From Phoronis australis (Eukaryota; Animalia; Phoronida): a DNA stretch of 64,000 bases. The stretch lies in NCBI GenBank assembly GCA_002633005.1, contig NMRA01000301.1:248001-312000 (forward strand), given 5' to 3'. The notes beneath the pieces were generated by a model. That model saw nothing but the letters and a program-made list of their open reading frames with translations. It ran no database searches and was not told where the DNA came from. Within the stretch, counting starts at the first letter, position 1, and the number at the start of each line of letters is the position of its first letter. Of the stretch, positions 59,201 to 64,000 are shown in pieces. The translations under genes were made by a program, and so were the position numbers.

Positions 59201-62200
59201 ACCAAGATATCTTGGCCCTGTTTATTGAAATTTCTCAAGACCAAATTTAAGTCCGAAGTTGGTCTAAGCTAAGAGGGAATGTTAGTCTGCTCCAGAGCAG
59301 GCTTAAGATTGGGCTTTTGCTGTAATTGACTAAATTCATAACTGTTATCTCAGTAAACTGCTGAGGAATAAATTTAGTTGATATTTTCTCAATGCAACTA
59401 AACAATATGAAATTGAAGATCATCTGCTTTCGATTCCAGAACCTGCAAAGGCTGTAAGATTATGCGGTACGATTTACCTGCATGTGTGAAATGATATTTT
59501 CCAGCCATGCCAGGGTCTTCTTTAGCAATTGTAACAAAAGTGTAAACAAATCCCCTTTTAGAGTTTCAAGACCATTAAATTGTTCTTGAAAATGTATTTC
59601 ACACACTGCCTCACTTTGTTATGTGCATTCACAACAGGTGGTGAAAACGTAGTTTGTATGCTCACCTGTCAAAAAGCTACTTCATTTCTGTCTAAATTAA
59701 GGTTGAAGACCAAAATCTGACTTTGTGCTCATGAGACAGTCTTTTCTGAATTTTTGTCTTTGGTCTTGGACTAATTTTTGTATTAAGTTTTAAGTTAGTT
59801 TTCATGAAATGGGCCCCAGAACTGCTTTTCTTAGTAAATGTTCTCGGTGCATGTACAACAAAAGGAGACAGTCACTAAAATGCTCCAAAGTTGTTCTGTG
59901 AGGGTGAAACTTTCAGGATAAGATTTGTATTCATTTTCTTATAATTTTCTGAAATTATGACCTCACATGTTGAGGCAAGTGTTTGCCAGGTTGAATATAT
60001 AAGGATTTCAGGAGAAAAACTATGAATGGTCAATAAAGAGTTTTGGTTGAGTGTCATAGCCATTGGGCTTTGGTCACGATGGATATTTCAGACTTGGTTC
60101 CTGAATCAGAATCATTTTGAATGTGAAGTAATTGAATGTTGATGATGAACAGTGTAAAGAAGTCATTGCATCAATCGCAATTTGATCTAGGCAACCTATC
60201 AACCAATCACTTTAAGAAAATGAGGATTTGGTGTAACTCTTGTTTTTGTGTTGTCTGCTAATGCAGTTATATTGCCATGGTTTCCCGTGAAACTAGCATT
60301 AACTTGGTTGATCAGTGGCAGGGTAACTTGCCTAAGGGACATGTGACAGTGAGCTTCAGGGCTCAAATGGCGGTCACAGACTAAAACGTGTTCAAATAGT
60401 CGGTCTTGAGCTATTATGCAAAAAGACATGTTTAGATGTTCGCATGTCTTCATTTCTGATCAGGATAATTCATAAGTGTATAATGCTTCATTCAGCACCA
60501 CATTTTGGGGGCGCTGTTGTTTCCATTGTGTGCTGTTGCCTGTTACTAGTGCATGATGGTTAATGTTGCTATTTCTTTCAGGATGGTGTGGTGTTGGGGG
60601 CTGATACCAGGGCCACTGAAGACACTGTTGTGGCAGACAAGAATTGCAGCAAGATACACTATATAGCACCCAATATATAGTAAGTATGAACAACAGTGAT
60701 ATTGAACAAAATTGATATTGAACAACAGTGATATTGAACAGCCAGATAGTACAACAATGATCGCAGAGATATATTTTGTTATTATGTTAATTAAAAGTTG
60801 ATGAAAATTATTAAAAAACCTTTTAAAAATATACGAAAATAAATTTTTAATGAGACTATGTATATCCCTGGGTTCCATTTAAATGATAATAATATTAAAT
60901 AAGGATCCCTTTTGGAACCGAAAAACTGTTCCTTGAGGTGTACAGTTGTTTTGTCCATAGCTACCGATTAAGTCATTGTTACGGTAAAAAACATTTCTGT
61001 AGAAACATCAAAAAAGCAAATACATTTTACACTTTAAAGCAAAAGAAATACATTGTGATTAAAATCTTGACCTTTTATAAACTTTTAATATGAACATTTT
61101 ATCATAGTTTGTTGTGTTCATGGGACACGGTGACATCAAAAGCCTTGTTCAACATAAGATGTGATACTGCAATACTGTTGTTATCTAGTGAGTGAATTTT
61201 TTACAGCTTCTCCCAGGCCTCTAGCTGGGAAAGAATGCCATCCTCATTTATCACTCATCCATGGCTAGTAATATATATCTTCTACATTTATGGCTCAGTC
61301 TTTAAGGGTCATGTTTGTTATCTACATTTACGACTCAATTATTGCTCCTGTTTCAGTTGCTGTGGCGCTGGCACTGCCGCTGACACGGAGATGACGACTC
61401 AACTGATCTCATCTCAACTTGAACTGCACAGCCTGAACACAGGCCGTCAAGCGCGAGTCTGTACAGCCAATAGAATGTTGAAACAGATGTTGTTCAGGTA
61501 GTCAATCTTGTTTCCTGTTGATGTTACATTGCGGCTGTGAGATATGCTTGTTATTAAATGCTTGAGTATGTGAAGATATTGTTGAGCATCGTGCATAGCA
61601 GAGACTGTTTACTTGGTAGTGAGTGACAAGGAGTCCTTTCTAGTACATGGGTGAGAAATAACATGACCAACGTTCCTCACAATCGGACCGACTCGCCACA
61701 AAACGACCTACGGGGATCAAATGGGACCGCTGCACCAGAAAATGGGATCGACCCATCTAAAAACATGACCACCCCATCACAAGACAACCGCCGGAGACTG
61801 AACATGACCACCTGGGATTGAAACCGCAGTGACAAACAGGCTAAGATTTATTACCAGTCAATTGACAGTGTAGGCCTACACAGATCATACAATAGAGCTA
61901 TATACATATGCATATGCAGGTCTTATGCCAGTTAATCCACCGAAATTTTTTGTGCGCTGCAGAACATTTCACTTTGTAACACGTGGCGCTTTTGAGTTTT
62001 ACTTCACCAGGCTCTGCTCCGGTATGTGATATATAAACAATTGAAAGGTCAACATTCAAAATTAATAAATTAATCTAACCACAAACCAAACACTTTGCAC
62101 GCTTTTGAGCTAAATAATTATAATTTTAGACACTGCATAATGAAAATCATTTTCTCCAATTTGTCGTTTTAGTCATTAAACAAAAAGAAAACAGGTGTTC

Positions 62201-63945
62201 TGGTTCTCGGGTGAAGCATCATCATAACTAACCTTTGTGCGGCAATGCTGTATACGAAATATGCAGCTTTGCGTGGATATGGGTAAAAAAACTGAACATG
62301 TAAAGTCTTCACCGAATTAGTGTTATTACAGACACTCTTCCTTGAGTAAACTAAATTATTTATCGGCGCTCAGGAAAATTTGTCGTTCTGTCATTATTCT
62401 GCTGCAAAAATTGTGATCCGTTGTTTTAGGTCGGCTCAATAGGCCAGTTCCTTTTTTCCCCGATTCTTCAGTCAGCTGTTCTTCTCTTCTGCGAGGTTGC
62501 GCACATGGCAAAACAAATTATCGAAACTGGTTTCATTTTGTTATAAGTTTTTAGTATTTTAATATCAGAAAACCGAATTCCAGAACAAATCTTGCTGCTT
62601 GAAGTTGTCATCATCTTCCGAAAGATGTTGCAAAATTTTAGGAAATGGTGCGTGCACATGTCACAGGCTCAACAACAGACTTCTTTGTTACAATAGGCAA
62701 AGAATTGTGCAAGAAAATGTTCATTAGATTGTTTTTCACTCAAGCGGCTGCAACCTACAAGGTGAGTGTTGGTTGACTCCTAGATTTTGCATGCACCTGT
62801 GCCGGTCGCTAGCTCCAATGTTGACGAGGTGACGAGCAGAACTACCCGGGCTGTGGGAAATTTTGGGGATATAATACAGTGCTACCAAGCTGTATTTTGA
62901 CAATAGTCTTTACACAGCTAGCTGACCGGTTACTACATAACCCGCAGTATCACACAAAGGCATTCATTTTGTTAAGTGCATTTTGTCTGGTGGTCATGTT
63001 CAGTCTCCGGCGGTCCTGTTTTGTGGTGGGGCGGTCATGTTTTTAGGTGCATCAGTCCCATTTTCTGGTGCGGCGGCCCTATTTGATCCTGTTTTGTAGT
63101 GAGTTGGTCTGATTGGAGGACCAGCGGTCATGTTTTGGGTCCGGCAGTCATGTTGTTTCTCACCCGTGTAGTAGTTCCTGATGTAATGTTCACAGGTGCT
63201 ATAGACTTAAGATCAACAGTGGCTGGAGAGCTCACTGTGATGATCAACACTAAAGCATTCTCAGCCTGAGCAATTGTTCCCTGGTGGCATGTGGTCTACA
63301 ACATACACTGTTTGTACCAGTGTGTAATTGATGTGCAAACATGTTTAACTGTAGCTTCATTCTAGTTCAAATACTTACACGCATTTCACGAATCTCGATA
63401 CAATACACAACTTCATGGCTTTGTGCGCCATCTTGAATATGTAATTAGGTACACTAAACAAACCAATTTACCTGTGTTTCTCTTAAAAGTGGAGGAGAAT
63501 GTAAGAATTTTTTGAACCTATGTTATCGGAAGGATTTTGATTACATTATCAAAAGTTTGCTATCATGTCATTGTAATGTATCCAGGTATCATCACTGTAT
63601 TTACTAATTAAGTAGTTAAATGTCAGAACACAGTAGTTACTAACCCTGAAGTACCATAAGTAATGGGCTGCCTAGTTACTGTCTGTCGCAACTGGGCATT
63701 GTTCTTGGCTACATGCAAAACATTGTAACTTGTTTACGATTCTCAACTCAACCATCCAGATATGTTTCAGGTACAAAGGTCACATCAGTGCTGCCTTGGT
63801 TCTGGGTGGGGTCGACTGCAGTGGTCCCCACCTCTACAGTATCCACCCCCACGGCTCAACAGACAAGCTCCCGTACGTCACTATGGGGTCCGGCTCTTTG
63901 GCGGCCATGGCAGTGTTTGAGGATGGCTTTAAGCCTAACATGGAG
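53158..63945 (+). CDS. PSMB7: Proteasome subunit beta type-7 (beta-2, trypsin-like), exons 1-5; 3' end outside window
   Basis: Exons 53158-53216, 58992-59073, 60582-60679, 61357-61497 and 63771-63945, phase-consistent. 38-aa propeptide ([11 protein letters not shown]...KTG), catalytic Thr1 in TTIVG (codon at 59047), [47 protein letters not shown]. Confidence 0.96.
53705..57479 (+). mobile_element. Merlin (IS1016/IS1595-related) DNA transposon, full-length but decayed, in PSMB7 intron 1
   Basis: Imperfect TIRs of about 275 bp (53705-53981 and 57206-57479) starting GGCACTCGTCGGACATAGCGG. 9-bp TSD CAACTTCAG / CAGCTTCTG (7 of 9 match). Internal transposase pseudogene. Confidence 0.9.
55883..56729 (+). 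pseudogene. Merlin/ISXO2-like DDE transposase pseudogene
   Basis: MSLAEI...[18 protein letters not shown]...WVFGG...IHSDMWANY...[26 protein letters not shown]...NEFMWR. Premature TAG at 56348-56350 and frameshifts near 56435-56450. Confidence 0.9.
57898..57969. mobile_element. Minimal hAT-like MITE
   Basis: CATTGGTGGATTTG-G run...C run-CCTGGATCTGCCCCTG. Confidence 0.55.
58992..59073 (+). CDS. PSMB7: PSMB7 exon 2
   Basis: cag|(R)[27 protein letters not shown]|gtgagt. Confidence 0.95.
59149..59816. mobile_element. PIF/Harbinger-type MITE (PSMB7 intron 2)
   Basis: TIR GGGTCCGTTCCATGAAA / TTTCATGAAATGGGCCC with 3-bp TSD CAG. Confidence 0.75.
60582..60679 (+). CDS. PSMB7: PSMB7 exon 3
   Basis: cag|[32 protein letters not shown]+TA|gtaagt. 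Confidence 0.96.
61357..61497 (+). CDS. PSMB7: PSMB7 exon 4
   Basis: cag|(Y)[46 protein letters not shown]+AG|gtagtc. Confidence 0.96.
61646..63168. mobile_element. Non-autonomous TIR DNA transposon with CAC termini (PSMB7 intron 4)
   Basis: Imperfect TIRs of about 170-180 bp, CA(T/C)GGGTGAGAAA(T/C)AACATGAC, with AACATGACC subrepeats. Flanked by TAGTA on both sides. Confidence 0.85.
63771..63945 (+). CDS. PSMB7: PSMB7 exon 5
   Basis: cag|(R)[58 protein letters not shown]|gttagt. Confidence 0.96.
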
Positions 63946-64000
63946 GTTAGTAGTGCCTCTCGTATACTCGTGTTCAGTTTCTTGAAACTGTACAGGGTTC

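Noticed and set aside
60135-60200. Intronic C/D snoRNA (TGATGA box)
   Set aside because: No suitably placed CTGA D box or terminal stem.

Overview
Intron-rich, AT-rich animal genomic DNA. The repeat types suggest a marine invertebrate, probably a lophotrochozoan (inference). There is one 837-nt assembly gap at 30334-31170. I built five protein-coding genes by hand from GT-AG splice sites and phase-consistent translation: (1) the last coding exon of an Arg/Ser/His-rich splicing-type protein (870-1329, +; PRPF38B-like, uncertain); (2) complete 4-exon SSNA1 (7269-14944, -); (3) complete 20-exon DHX16/Prp2 DEAH helicase, head-to-head with SSNA1 (15979-37520, +, about 1025 aa); (4) an orphan, intron-containing, poly(A)-type linker histone H1 (50180-51030, +); (5) exons 1-5 of proteasome subunit PSMB7/beta-2 (53158-63945, +, runs off the window). 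Introns and intergenic DNA contain a decayed Merlin transposon with ~275-bp TIRs, two hAT remnants, DINE-1/HINE-type elements, a solo LTR, several MITEs, minisatellites and two degenerate hammerhead-like motifs. The most interesting signals are: an in-frame 18-bp minisatellite made of DHX16 splice-donor copies, together with a general bias of tandem repeats toward 5' splice sites; the H1 gene enclosed by long inverted homologous arms; a proto-MHC-like gene neighbourhood; a CAC-ended element with a 5-bp TSD; and a cryptic compact multi-exon gene remnant on the minus strand at about 45.6-46.4 kb. No database searches were run. Homology calls come from recognising the motifs.
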